64,000 bases of DNA, from the NCBI GenBank assembly GCA_965208125.1, contig OZ242320.1, positions 2,624,001 through 2,688,000 on the forward strand. The letters are read 5' to 3'. The DNA comes from Candidatus Latescibacterota bacterium. Lineage in GTDB: Bacteria; Latescibacterota; UBA2968. A program made the translations under genes and the position numbers. The first letter of the stretch is position 1, and each line of letters starts with the position of its first letter. Positions 38,912 through 47,884 of the stretch are shown in pieces. Below the pieces are notes generated by a model that saw nothing but the letters and a program-made list of their open reading frames with translations, searched no databases and was not told where the DNA came from.

Positions 38912-38927
38912 TGTAACATACATTACA
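38912..38927. promoter_or_regulatory. Palindromic operator candidate TGTAA-N6-TTACA
   Basis: tgtaacatacattaca in the divergent dinG / dehydrogenase intergenic region, 35 nt before ATG 38963. Confidence 0.4.
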
Positions 38928-38962
38928 AAGCCCTGAATTTCAAGGTTTATTGCGGAGGTGAT

Positions 38963-39979
38963 ATGAAAGCGTCTGTTTATCTGGGTCCCGAGCGGGTTGA
39001 ATTGCGCGATATTGAGGAACCCAAACCGGGTGATGATGAGGTGCTCATCAAGGTGGCGCGGGCGGGTTTATGCGGTACGGATTTGCATGTTTATCAGGGG
39101 CACATGGATCAGCGGGTGCAAATTCCTCTGGTGATGGGACACGAGATGTGCGGCGAGATTGTCTATGTTCCGAAAGATGCCGGGTTCAAAGTAGGGGAGC
39201 GCGTGGTGGTTGAACCCACGGTGGCATGTGGCGTGTGTGCGGCTTGTCGTCGGGGGCATCGGCATATTTGTCAGAATTTGAATTTTTTGGGTATTGACTC
39301 TGCGGGTGCATTTCAGGCTGTTTGGAATGCACCACTCAATCGCTTGCACCGCGTGCCCAATGCACTGGACGACGATGCTGGCGCGCTTATTGAACCGCTT
39401 GCAGTCGCTGTCCACGATGTTCGGCGTGCCAAAGTGGAATTGGGTGACCGCGCGGTTGTGATTGGCGGCGGTCCAATTGGGATACTAATTGCAATGGCGG
39501 CGCGATTGGATGGGGCCGAGGTGGTGATTTCCGAAGTGAATCCCTTTCGTTTGGCAAAGGCGAGGGCATTGGGCTTTGAGGTTGTGAATCCATTGGAAAC
39601 TGATCTTCTCGCATATACAGAAGATTGGACCGAGGGTGCAGGTGCGGACCTCGTGTTTGAAGTTAGCGGCAGTGCACCCGGTGCAAAGGTTATGACTGAG
39701 TTGGCTCGGGTCCGCGGAACCATTGTGCTGGTTGGGGTACACGCTGAACCGCCGCCTGTGGATTTGCAGCGGTTTTTTTGGCGGGAATTGCATCTGGTGG
39801 GGTGTCGCGTGTACGAACCCATAGATTTTGAGCGGGCAATTCGATTGGCGGCATCTGGCGCGGTTGATGTAAAAGCTCTGATTACGGATACGCTGCCACT
39901 GGAGGATGCGGCAAAGGGATTTGAACAGATGGTGGCGGGTGGAGAGGTGATGAAGGTGCTTTTGGACTGTCAGGTGTAA
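38963..39979 (+). CDS. Zn-dependent medium-chain dehydrogenase (sugar/sugar-acid type)
   Basis: GLCGTDLH, GHEMCG, CGVCAACRRGHRHIC, GGGPIG; GGAGG SD. Confidence 0.92.
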   Translation: MKASVYLGPERVELRDIEEPKPGDDEVLIKVARAGLCGTDLHVYQGHMDQRVQIPLVMGHEMCGEIVYVPKDAGFKVGERVVVEPTVACGVCAACRRGHRHICQNLNFLGIDSAGAFQAVWNAPLNRLHRVPNALDDDAGALIEPLAVAVHDVRRAKVELGDRAVVIGGGPIGILIAMAARLDGAEVVISEVNPFRLAKARALGFEVVNPLETDLLAYTEDWTEGAGADLVFEVSGSAPGAKVMTELARVRGTIVLVGVHAEPPPVDLQRFFWRELHLVGCRVYEPIDFERAIRLAASGAVDVKALITDTLPLEDAAKGFEQMVAGGEVMKVLLDCQV

Positions 39980-39987
39980 AGGGAGTC

Positions 39988-40758
39988 ATGATGGGAATTT
40001 TGGATAAGTTTGATTTGAGCGGTAAGACTGCGCTGGTGACGGGGTGTCGGCGCGGTATTGGCCGCGCTTTTGCCCAGGGGTTGGCCGAGGCTGGTGCCGA
40101 TATTGTGGGGGTGAGTGCATCGCTGGCGTTGGGTAGTGAAGTAGAAGGGGATGTCGCTGCATTGGGCCGTAGTTTCCGCCCTTATGCATGTGATTTTTCC
40201 GATCGGGATGCTTTGCGTACTTTTATAGCACAGGTAAAAGCAGATGTCGCTCAGGTCGATATATTGGTGAATAACGCGGGTACGATTTTGCGGGAACCCG
40301 CGGCGGATCATCCCGATGAATACTGGGATAGGGTGATTGAAGTAAATTTGAACGCGCAATTTGTTCTCGCGCGCGAGTTTGGCAAAGAAATGGTGGCGCG
40401 TAGGCGTGGCAAAATTGTTTTTACAGCGTCTTTGCTGAGTTTTCAGGGGGGTATTACAGTTCCGGGTTACGCTGCGGCCAAAGGGGGTATTGCGACTTTG
40501 ACGATGGCACTGTCAAATGAGTGGGCGAGCAAGGGGGTGAATGTCAATGCTATTGCGCCGGGTTATATTGCAACAGATAATACCGAAGCCCTGCGCAATG
40601 ATTCTGTCCGCTCCGAGCAAATTTTGACGCGGATTCCCCAGGGACGATGGGGACAGCCGGATGATCTGAAAGGCGCGTGTGTGTTTTTGTGTTCGGATGC
40701 GGCCAATTATGTCAATGGTGCGATTTTGACTGTGGATGGTGGATGGATGGGGCGGTGA
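39988..40758 (+). CDS. SDR, KduD-like 2-keto-3-deoxy sugar-acid dehydrogenase
   Basis: FDLSGKTALVTG, ASLLSFQGGITVPGYAAAKGG, NAIAPGYIATDNT, VDGGWMGR. Confidence 0.85.
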   Translation: MMGILDKFDLSGKTALVTGCRRGIGRAFAQGLAEAGADIVGVSASLALGSEVEGDVAALGRSFRPYACDFSDRDALRTFIAQVKADVAQVDILVNNAGTILREPAADHPDEYWDRVIEVNLNAQFVLAREFGKEMVARRRGKIVFTASLLSFQGGITVPGYAAAKGGIATLTMALSNEWASKGVNVNAIAPGYIATDNTEALRNDSVRSEQILTRIPQGRWGQPDDLKGACVFLCSDAANYVNGAILTVDGGWMGR

Positions 40759-40787
40759 AGAAAAAACATTTTACTTGGAGGTTTGAT

Positions 40788-41771
40788 ATGGAATACAGGC
40801 CGTTTGGAAAGACCGGATTGGATGTTTCAGCGATTGGGTTTGGGTGCTGGGAACTCGGCGGGAATTATGGTTATTTTGATGAAGGCGAAGTGATTGCGGG
40901 CATTCACAAGGCACTGGATTTGGGGATTAATTGCTTTGATACGGCCGAAGGCTATGGAAAGGGAAAATCAGAGGCTTTGCTCGCGCGCGGGCTGGGGAAT
41001 CGACGCAAGGATGTGATTGTGGTGACAAAGGTCGGTATTGGATATACGGATTCGGGGCGGGAAAAGGGGCGCGACAGTCGCAGAGAGCGGATTATGACGT
41101 CGGTAGAGAATAGTTTGCGGTTTTTGAATACGGATTATATCGATGTTTATTTGATTCACTGGCCCGATCGGCATACGCCTTTTGAAGAGCCTATGCAGGT
41201 GCTGGAAGATTTGATTCAGCAGGGGAAGGTGCGTTTTGGAGGGGTATCGAATTTCAAGGCCGAGGAGGTCGATGCGTGTATGAAGACGCGGCGGGTAGAT
41301 GTGGGGCAATACGGCTATCACATGTTTGATCGGCGTATGGAGAGAGATGTTTTTCCATATTGCGAGGCGCACGGCATTGGGATGATGGGATATGGCTCTC
41401 TGGCACATGGACTGCTCGCCGGGGCATTTGATGAGCATACGACATTCGACACAGAAGATTGGCGCTCTAAGGGCGGGTTGTTTAATATGCCTTTGTTTGC
41501 AGAGGAGAATTTTCCGCGCAATCTGAAGGTGGTGGAAGCGTTAAAACAGATGGCAGCGGACCGCGGCACAGCGGTATATCACCTCGCGCTGGCGTGGGTG
41601 TTGTCCAATCCCGTGATTAGCACAGCACTGGTTGGCGTGCGTAAACCTGAGGAGGCGGTGTCAAATATGGGGGCATTAGAGTTGACGCTGTCCGAAGACG
41701 ATAAGTGTGCTATTGATGCGATATTTGAGAATTACGGGGTGGATACGCGCCCGGATATTTGGGTGGAATAA
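40788..41771 (+). CDS. Aldo/keto reductase
   Basis: SAIGFGCW, FDTAEGYG, TDYIDVYLIHWPD, GVSNF. Confidence 0.92.
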   Translation: MEYRPFGKTGLDVSAIGFGCWELGGNYGYFDEGEVIAGIHKALDLGINCFDTAEGYGKGKSEALLARGLGNRRKDVIVVTKVGIGYTDSGREKGRDSRRERIMTSVENSLRFLNTDYIDVYLIHWPDRHTPFEEPMQVLEDLIQQGKVRFGGVSNFKAEEVDACMKTRRVDVGQYGYHMFDRRMERDVFPYCEAHGIGMMGYGSLAHGLLAGAFDEHTTFDTEDWRSKGGLFNMPLFAEENFPRNLKVVEALKQMAADRGTAVYHLALAWVLSNPVISTALVGVRKPEEAVSNMGALELTLSEDDKCAIDAIFENYGVDTRPDIWVE

Positions 41772-41810
41772 GCCAAAGAGAGGGAAAAAAGGGGAATGGG
41801 CAATCTATAC

Positions 41811-41840
41811 TTGACAAATCAAAGCATGCTGGACTATAAT
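41811..41840 (+). promoter_or_regulatory. Consensus sigma70 promoter for HU
   Basis: TTGACA-N18-TATAAT, both hexamers perfect. Confidence 0.75.
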
Positions 41841-41921
41841 TAGAGTATAGCCTTCGACCTATCTGCCTTCGTGGGGGCATTAGGTTTGAGATTATAACCA
41901 TTTTCACAAAGGGAGAGAATT

Positions 41922-42239
41922 ATGTCGCAAGCTGTAACAAAACGATGGAGTAAAGCCCAGATTGTAAGCGCGATCGCAGAAAGCACTGGTCTGAGCAAAA
42001 AGGATGTGGGTAGCGTTCTCGATGGGTTGGACAGTGCCATTGAAAGCCATGTCACAGCAGGTTCTGTCGGTGAATTTGTGTTGCCCGGTCTGCTCAAAAT
42101 CAAAAGGGTCGAAAAACCGGCTCGCGCAGAACGAGAGGGCGTCAATCCTTTCACTGGCGAAAAAATAACAATTGCAGCCAAACCCGCTTCGCAGGGTATA
42201 AGAATTTCAGCCCTGAAAAAACTGAAAGACATGGTTTAG
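41922..42239 (+). CDS. HU-family DNA-binding protein
   Basis: SKAQIVSAIAESTGLSKKDV...PGLLKI...REGVNPFTGEKITIAAKPA. Confidence 0.93.
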   Translation: MSQAVTKRWSKAQIVSAIAESTGLSKKDVGSVLDGLDSAIESHVTAGSVGEFVLPGLLKIKRVEKPARAEREGVNPFTGEKITIAAKPASQGIRISALKKLKDMV

Positions 42240-42267
42240 CAATTGCCGCATTATAGGGAACTATCGT

Positions 42268-42297
42268 AAAGCCCAGCCTTTTAAGGTTGGGCTTTTT
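42268..42297 (+). terminator. Intrinsic terminator after HU
   Basis: aaagcccagcctt-tt-aaggttgggcttttt. Confidence 0.8.
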
Positions 42298-42408
42298 ATT
42301 TTTATAACGCTCTGGGGGTATATTTTGTAGGACTGGACAAAATACCGCGAAATGATTACTTTCAAAGTCGCAACCAAAAAGCGATAATCCAATCGCCAAG
42401 GAGGCAAA

Positions 42409-43350
42409 ATGCGGCAGTATATTATGGGAGTATGCGTGATCGTATTTGGGGTCTTATCTTGCATGGTCGATACAACTGAGGCCGTTGAGGTCGTTCTCAA
42501 ATCGGGTCGCGTTGTGCGAGGCGAACTGATTCGGGAGACTGCGACTTCTATTACGCTTCAGCTATCTTCCAGCCGGATCGAAATTTCCAAGTTGAGTATC
42601 AAAACAATTGATGGACGTTCTCCTTTTGAACGGCGCAGATCCCGCGCGGCAGTATCTTCCGATAGTACAAGTAAGATGGAGGTGCAAATTTCCGCAGGCC
42701 ATTTTCTCATGGGAGATACCCGAGATAAAAATGCGCCTGTACACAAGGTGTATCTCGATTCATACTGGGTTGACACACGCGAAGTTACCAATGCTCAGTA
42801 CCGCGAATTTGTGACGAGTACAGGGCATGCGGCCCCACGGTATTGGGGCGAGGCCAAATACAATGACCCCAACCAACCCGTTGTGGGTGTTTCCTGGGAT
42901 GACGCCAATGCCTATTGTTCTTGGAAGGGTAAACGACTGCCGACTGAAGCAGAATGGGAGCGGGCAGCGCGGGGGGTACAAAGCCGTCTTTACCCCTGGG
43001 GCGACCGTTTTGACGTCACGCGAACAAATACCAGAGAAACCCGAAACCGGCGTCCGATGCCTGTGGGAACTTTCCCCGAAGGTGCTACCAGTGAGGGCTT
43101 GCTCGATATGTCGGGCAATGTGTGGGAGTGGTGTTGGGATTGGTATGATGAGGGATATTATCGCGTCTCTCCTCTCAATAATCCCACGGGTCCAGAAGCC
43201 GGGAAAAAGCGTGTCATAAGGGGTGGGGGCTGGAGTGCTCCTCATATCCACATGGCTCGGCGGCGAGGTGAAAAGCCCGATAAGACCTACCCTTCTCTGG
43301 GTTTTCGATGCGCCAGATCGGATACTCAGGCACGGGCGAAACAAGAATAA
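42409..43350 (+). CDS. Secreted FGE-sulfatase (SUMF1-fold) domain protein, probably non-catalytic
   Basis: Signal peptide; EVTNAQY, PVVGVSWDDA, RLPTEAEWERAARG, DMSGNVWEW, GFRC; no catalytic Cys pair after RGG. Confidence 0.88.
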   Translation: MRQYIMGVCVIVFGVLSCMVDTTEAVEVVLKSGRVVRGELIRETATSITLQLSSSRIEISKLSIKTIDGRSPFERRRSRAAVSSDSTSKMEVQISAGHFLMGDTRDKNAPVHKVYLDSYWVDTREVTNAQYREFVTSTGHAAPRYWGEAKYNDPNQPVVGVSWDDANAYCSWKGKRLPTEAEWERAARGVQSRLYPWGDRFDVTRTNTRETRNRRPMPVGTFPEGATSEGLLDMSGNVWEWCWDWYDEGYYRVSPLNNPTGPEAGKKRVIRGGGWSAPHIHMARRRGEKPDKTYPSLGFRCARSDTQARAKQE

Positions 43351-43357
43351 TAAGATG

Positions 43358-43389
43358 AAAAAAAAGCCGCTGATAAGCGGCTTTTTTTT
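43358..43389. terminator. Bidirectional intrinsic terminator between convergent genes
   Basis: aaaaaaaagccgct-gata-agcggctttttttt. Confidence 0.85.
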
Positions 43390-43408
43390 ATGAACTTTCA
43401 CAAAATCA

Positions 43409-43828
43409 TTACAGGTCGAGATCGTCCAAACCCTCCAGTTCATCCAATACCTCGTCTTCGCCTACTATGGTATCCGACTCTCGAATCACTACCAGAATGG
43501 ACGCCTGGGGTACAATGAGATATTTCTCCCCTTCAAAAGAGATCTCCATCGCGGCTTTTTGCAAAAATAAGGCAAAATCGCCTTCCTCAACTTGCAGGGG
43601 CAAATACCGCGGTTCTTTTGGAGAATTGCGCCAGGGTTCATCGTCTTCCGGCGTTTCTGGCAGCGGGAGCCCAGGCCCTGTGGCCATAATGCGACCGCTC
43701 TGTACTTCCTCTTTTTCGACCACAGTTTGAGGCAAATAAAGCCCTACTTTGGTTCGTTCTTCCAAATCTTCCTGCTTGACCAAAACGCGGTCGCCAATAA
43801 CGACGAGTTCTTTGTTTCCTATTTGCAT
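43409..43828 (-). CDS. Stand-alone GroES-family co-chaperonin (long form)
   Basis: IGDRVLVK...TKVGLYLP...GRIMATGPG...EGEKYLIVPQASIL; acidic tail; no groEL in the window. Confidence 0.8.
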   Translation of the reverse strand: MQIGNKELVVIGDRVLVKQEDLEERTKVGLYLPQTVVEKEEVQSGRIMATGPGLPLPETPEDDEPWRNSPKEPRYLPLQVEEGDFALFLQKAAMEISFEGEKYLIVPQASILVVIRESDTIVGEDEVLDELEGLDDLDL

Positions 43829-43943
43829 TGCATCTTCTCGCTCAATGAGTCCGTTATACATCTGAACAATTGTTTGTGAAACTTAAAAAATTGTACCGCA
43901 AGTGTCAACAGTTTAGGGGTAAAACTATTTGAATAATAAAATC

Positions 43944-43972
43944 TTGACAAATGGATGGATAAGGTATATTAT
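43944..43972 (+). promoter_or_regulatory. Sigma70 promoter for the leader-holB-metG transcript
   Basis: TTGACA-N17-TATTAT. Confidence 0.75.
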
Positions 43973-44015
43973 TTTTCACCGCGTTGTGATATACTTTTGA
44001 TTATGGAGCCGTTCC

Positions 44016-44111
44016 ATGTTGTTTTTTGTGCCAACAATGCAAATGCCGATGCCCGTCACTGTACGGGCTACACGTGTTGTACATTCCCACTGTGAGCAGG
44101 GGCATGGATAG
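44016..44111 (+). CDS. Putative leader peptide (31 aa, rich in Met/Pro/Val/His)
   Basis: GGAG SD at 44005-44008, ATG 44016, TAG 44109-44111; MLFFVPTMQMPMPVTVRATRVVHSHCEQGHG; lies between promoter and terminator-like hairpin. Confidence 0.6.
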   Translation: MLFFVPTMQMPMPVTVRATRVVHSHCEQGHG

Positions 44112-44140
44112 CGGATCATTTTAGTCGTTTGCAAAATAAA

Positions 44141-44175
44141 AAAAGCCGTTGGAATGTTCCGTTCCAGCGGCTTTT
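44141..44175 (+). terminator. Attenuator-like hairpin upstream of holB
   Basis: aaaagccgttggaa-tgttccg-ttccagcggctttt (14 bp with one G-U); inside the predicted 5' leader, 17 nt before the holB start; U-tract is short. Confidence 0.65.
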
Positions 44176-44192
44176 CATCATGAGAGGCGATA

Positions 44193-45236
44193 TTGAAACG
44201 GGTGATTGGACAGAAACGAGCAATTCAGTTTTTGACCGAATTGGTTGAGAGAGATCGAGTCCCGCACGCGCTGTTGTTTTTGGGGACTTCTGGCACAGGT
44301 GCAATGGCGGCGGCATTGGATTTTGTACAGGCATTGCATTGTCGGGCAGATGGTGCTGTGGCCTGTGGACATTGTGCCGCATGCCACAAGGTGACAAATC
44401 TCAATCATCCAGATAGTACGCTGCTCTTTCCCTTTTCTTCTCGCGTGAAAGAGGAAGATAGACAAGGCGTATTGCTTCAGGTGTGGCAATCGCCTTATCA
44501 CTATCCATTGCCCGACGACAATGCAGCGATTGCCATTGATCGGGTTCGGGAGATGCAGCGGCAGTTTACGCACAGTGCTTTTGCGGGGGGCTGGCGCACG
44601 ACTCTTATTTTACACGCGGATCAAATGCGCGCGGAGGCGGCCAACGCCATGTTGAAAACTTTGGAGGAACCGCCTGTTCGGTCGTTGATGATCTTGATTG
44701 CTCCCCATGGCGATGCGTTGTTGCCCACCATTGTGTCTCGGTGTCAGTTTGTGAAATTTTCCGCGCTTTCGCCGTATGATATCAGTACTGAATTGGCGGC
44801 AAAGGGCGTTGATAAAACAACGGCAGATTTTATTGGACGCACGTGTGGCGGCGACTTTCGCAGGGCATTGGATATGACCGATGGCCATATCGCAGACAAG
44901 CAAGATCGTTCATTTCGGTTTTTGGAAGCCTTGCTGTGGGAGCAGGAGGAGCGCACGTTTGAAGCACTGGCAAAACTCGACCGACAAGAGGCATTGGATA
45001 TTTTGGCAGGTGCAGAAATCTGGCTCAGGGACGCGCTGTTGTTGCAATGTGGTCGGGAAGATAATATAGCCAATGCCGATCATGTGGACAATGTCGGGCG
45101 ATTGGCTGAGGTTTTTGATCTGGACCAACTCGCCGCAATTGTAAAAAAGATTGAATCACTGCGGGAGATGAATCACCGCAATGTAAATATGAATCTGGGC
45201 TTGATTTCGCTCTGGCGACAGATCAGGTCCTTTTGA
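44193..45236 (+). CDS. holB: DNA polymerase III subunit delta'
   Basis: VIGQ, PHALLFLG, CGHCAAC..HPD, AANAMLKTLEEP, LLPTIVSRCQ; TTG start with GAGG SD. Confidence 0.88.
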   Translation: MKRVIGQKRAIQFLTELVERDRVPHALLFLGTSGTGAMAAALDFVQALHCRADGAVACGHCAACHKVTNLNHPDSTLLFPFSSRVKEEDRQGVLLQVWQSPYHYPLPDDNAAIAIDRVREMQRQFTHSAFAGGWRTTLILHADQMRAEAANAMLKTLEEPPVRSLMILIAPHGDALLPTIVSRCQFVKFSALSPYDISTELAAKGVDKTTADFIGRTCGGDFRRALDMTDGHIADKQDRSFRFLEALLWEQEERTFEALAKLDRQEALDILAGAEIWLRDALLLQCGREDNIANADHVDNVGRLAEVFDLDQLAAIVKKIESLREMNHRNVNMNLGLISLWRQIRSF

Positions 45237-45250
45237 GTGGGTGTAGAAAA

Positions 45251-47137
45251 ATGGGCACATTTTATATTACGACACCGATTTATTACGTCAATGATGAACC
45301 CCATATCGGGCATGCGTACACGACGATTATGGCCGATGTGCTGTCGCGTTTTCATCGCCTGGCCGGCGATGATGTGTTGTTTTTGACGGGTACGGATGAG
45401 CACGGGCAGAAAGTGGATGAGGCGGCGAAAGAACGCAATTTGTCGCCGCAGGCACACGCCGATGAGATGGTGGTGCGATTTCAGGCGTTGTGGGAGGTTT
45501 TAAATATTTCAAACGATGATTTTATTCGCACAACCGAAACGAGGCACAAGCGCGTTGTCTCCGAGATTTTGCAACGCATTTACGATGCAGGCGAGGTTTA
45601 TTCCGACAATTATGAGGGCTGGTATTGTATTCCAGATGAGCGGTTCTGGACGGAGAAGGATCTGGTGGATGGGAATTGTCCGGATTGCGGGCGGCCGACT
45701 GAGAAGATTTCGGAGAAGAATTATTTTTTTAAAATGAGCAAATACCAGGACTGGCTCATTGAGTATATTGAGACACATCCCGATTTTATTCGTCCAGAAA
45801 AGCGGCGCAACGAGATTCTCGGATTTTTGCGTCAGCCGCTGGGCGATTTGTGTATTTCTCGCCCTAAAGCGCGTTTGGAATGGGGGATTCCGCTTCCTTT
45901 TGATGAGGATTATGTCTGTTATGTGTGGTTCGATGCGCTGATCAATTATATCACGGCACCGGGTTATATCGCAGATGATGCGCGTTTTGAGCACTGGTGG
46001 CAGGCGTCTTGTCATTTGATTGGTAAGGATATTTTGACCACGCACTGCGTGTATTGGCCCACGATGCTCAAGGCGATAGGTGTGCCATTGCCCAAAACGA
46101 TTATGGGGCATGGTTTTTGGCTCGTGGATGAGACAAAGATGGGGAAGTCGCTGGGCAATGCGATCCGGCCTCTGGATCTGGCGGATAAATACGGGGTGGA
46201 TGCGTTCCGGTATTTTCTGGTGCGCGATATGACGCTGGGGCAGGATAGCAATTTTAGCGAGGAGGCTTTTGTTCAGCGCTATAATACCGAGTTGGCCAAT
46301 GAGTTGGGCAATTTGCTGAATCGTTCGGTGGTTATGGCTGCGCGATATTTGGATGGGGTTGTGCCTGCTGTGGATGTCAACCACGCGGCGCTCAACGCTT
46401 TGAAAGCGCAGACAGACGAGACGCTCAATGCGGTGGGCAAAGCTATTGATGCGATGAATCCCAATGCGGTGCTGGATGCGGTTTGGCGGTTGGTGCGAGA
46501 AGCCAATCGGTTTGTCGAGGTGCAGGCGCCGTGGCATTTGGTGAAGGATGCGAGCAAGAGGGCCGAGCTTGAGGTGACGATTTACGCGTTGCTGGAGACG
46601 ATGCGGCAATTGGCCGTGTTGCTGTTTCCGGTGATTCCCTCAAAGGCGTGTGAGATTTGGCGGCAACTCGGTGTAAAGGGTTCGCCGGAAGGTGTTCATT
46701 TGGATGGTTTAAAAACATGGGGGGGGCTGGATGCCAATTTGAAGGTTGCACCTGGCGATCCGGTGTTCCCGCGTATTGAGGAGGTCAATGTGGCAGAGGA
46801 AAAAACAGAAGAAGATTTGATTTCTTTTGCAGAATTTCAGAAGCTCAAGTTGCGCGTTGCTAAAATTGACGCAGCCGAGCGCGTGAAGGGGGCAGATCGC
46901 CTGTTGCAGTTGCAGATCAGTTTGGGCGATGAGCAACGCCAGATTGTCGCCGGGATTGCCGAGTTTTACGAACCAGAGGCACTCGTTGGACAGCAGATTG
47001 TGGTGGTTGCCAATCTGGAGCCAGCGACTATTCGCGGTGTCGAGTCCCAGGGTATGCTGCTGGCTGCTTCCGATGATAACGGCCTCGCACTCGTGACACC
47101 GGATAGTGAGATTAGTGATGGGGCAGAAGTTAATTGA
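45251..47137 (+). CDS. metG: Methionyl-tRNA synthetase with C-terminal tRNA-binding domain
   Basis: YITTPIYYVNDEPHIGHAY, GTDEHGQK, YVWFDALINY, KMGKS, ESQGMLLAA. Confidence 0.97.
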   Translation: MGTFYITTPIYYVNDEPHIGHAYTTIMADVLSRFHRLAGDDVLFLTGTDEHGQKVDEAAKERNLSPQAHADEMVVRFQALWEVLNISNDDFIRTTETRHKRVVSEILQRIYDAGEVYSDNYEGWYCIPDERFWTEKDLVDGNCPDCGRPTEKISEKNYFFKMSKYQDWLIEYIETHPDFIRPEKRRNEILGFLRQPLGDLCISRPKARLEWGIPLPFDEDYVCYVWFDALINYITAPGYIADDARFEHWWQASCHLIGKDILTTHCVYWPTMLKAIGVPLPKTIMGHGFWLVDETKMGKSLGNAIRPLDLADKYGVDAFRYFLVRDMTLGQDSNFSEEAFVQRYNTELANELGNLLNRSVVMAARYLDGVVPAVDVNHAALNALKAQTDETLNAVGKAIDAMNPNAVLDAVWRLVREANRFVEVQAPWHLVKDASKRAELEVTIYALLETMRQLAVLLFPVIPSKACEIWRQLGVKGSPEGVHLDGLKTWGGLDANLKVAPGDPVFPRIEEVNVAEEKTEEDLISFAEFQKLKLRVAKIDAAERVKGADRLLQLQISLGDEQRQIVAGIAEFYEPEALVGQQIVVVANLEPATIRGVESQGMLLAASDDNGLALVTPDSEISDGAEVN

Positions 47138-47681
47138 GAAGCAAATAGAGGTTAAAATTCGTCCATTGTGGCTCAGCGATGCAGCAGCAGTACAGCGATA
47201 TGCCTCTGATGAACGCGTTGCGCGTACTACTACCATACCCCAACCATATCCGGAGAATGGTGGAGAAACTTTCGTCAAGAAAGGCGTTAGAGCACACAAA
47301 AATCGAGAGGCGTTCTTTTTTGCTATTGTTGCAGATGGCGATATGGTTGGGGTGGTAGAACTCGGGGCGGTTGACTACGAAAAATGCAGTGCCCGATGTG
47401 ATTACGGAATCGCATCGTCGCATTGGGGCAAGGGAATTGCGACCAGGGCTGTTGCTCTCGCGCTACACTACGCGTTCTGTGAACTCGGCATGGAGATCGT
47501 CCATTCGGCTTGCCTGAAGTGCAATCCGGCGTCTGCTCGCGTTCTGGAAAAGAATGGATTTCAGGAGATGGATGGGTTTCTATACAACAGTTCCAAGTTC
47601 GAGAACGAACCCGCACGGCGGTTTCAACTGACCCGACAGACGTGGGTAGCGGTGCATCAAAAAATGGCGGTAAAACAATGA
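47118..47681 (+). CDS. GNAT acetyltransferase (RimJ/RimL type)
   Basis: IPQPYP, HWGKGIATRAV, NPASARVLEKNGF; start uncertain because it overlaps the metG end. Confidence 0.8.
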   Translation: MGQKLIEKQIEVKIRPLWLSDAAAVQRYASDERVARTTTIPQPYPENGGETFVKKGVRAHKNREAFFFAIVADGDMVGVVELGAVDYEKCSARCDYGIASSHWGKGIATRAVALALHYAFCELGMEIVHSACLKCNPASARVLEKNGFQEMDGFLYNSSKFENEPARRFQLTRQTWVAVHQKMAVKQ

Positions 47682-47884
47682 GACAAGTGATTATTTATCC
47701 GAGCGAAGATGGCTATTGGGTCGCTGAATGCCCCAGCTTGCCAGGTTGTATCAGTCAGGGAAAAACAAAACAGGAAGCTGTCGCCAATATCAAAGAGGCC
47801 ATTGAGGGATATGTTCTCTCTCTTGAAGAAGATGGATTGCCAGTTCCCGATTAACACTTTGAGGCATTGGTCATAGTCGTGTGA
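47678..47884 (+). pseudogene. hicB: HicB-family antitoxin with a premature TAA at 47852; no intact hicA
   Basis: MRQVIIYPSEDGYWVAECPSLPGCISQGKTKQEAVANIKEAI...LPVPD* then in-frame HFEALVIVV* (TGA 47882-47884). Confidence 0.75.

Noticed and set aside
42409-43350. True formylglycine-generating enzyme for the sulfatase at 463-1872
   Set aside because: It lacks the catalytic Cys pair after RGG and has a signal peptide, whereas the sulfatase appears cytoplasmic
43979-44190. T-box or SAM riboswitch upstream of holB-metG
   Set aside because: No T-box AAnnnGGGTGGnACC motif or S-box core found; the leader-ORF model fits better, but an Rfam search is needed to exclude known families
44275-44310. Missing Walker A lysine in the holB product (GTSGTGA) as a sign of a pseudogene
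   Set aside because: Delta-prime subunits are known to be ATPase-inactive with degenerate P-loops
47852-47854. Recoded stop (Sec/Pyl) in hicB
   Set aside because: The codon is TAA, not TGA or TAG, and other genes here use TAA as a normal stop
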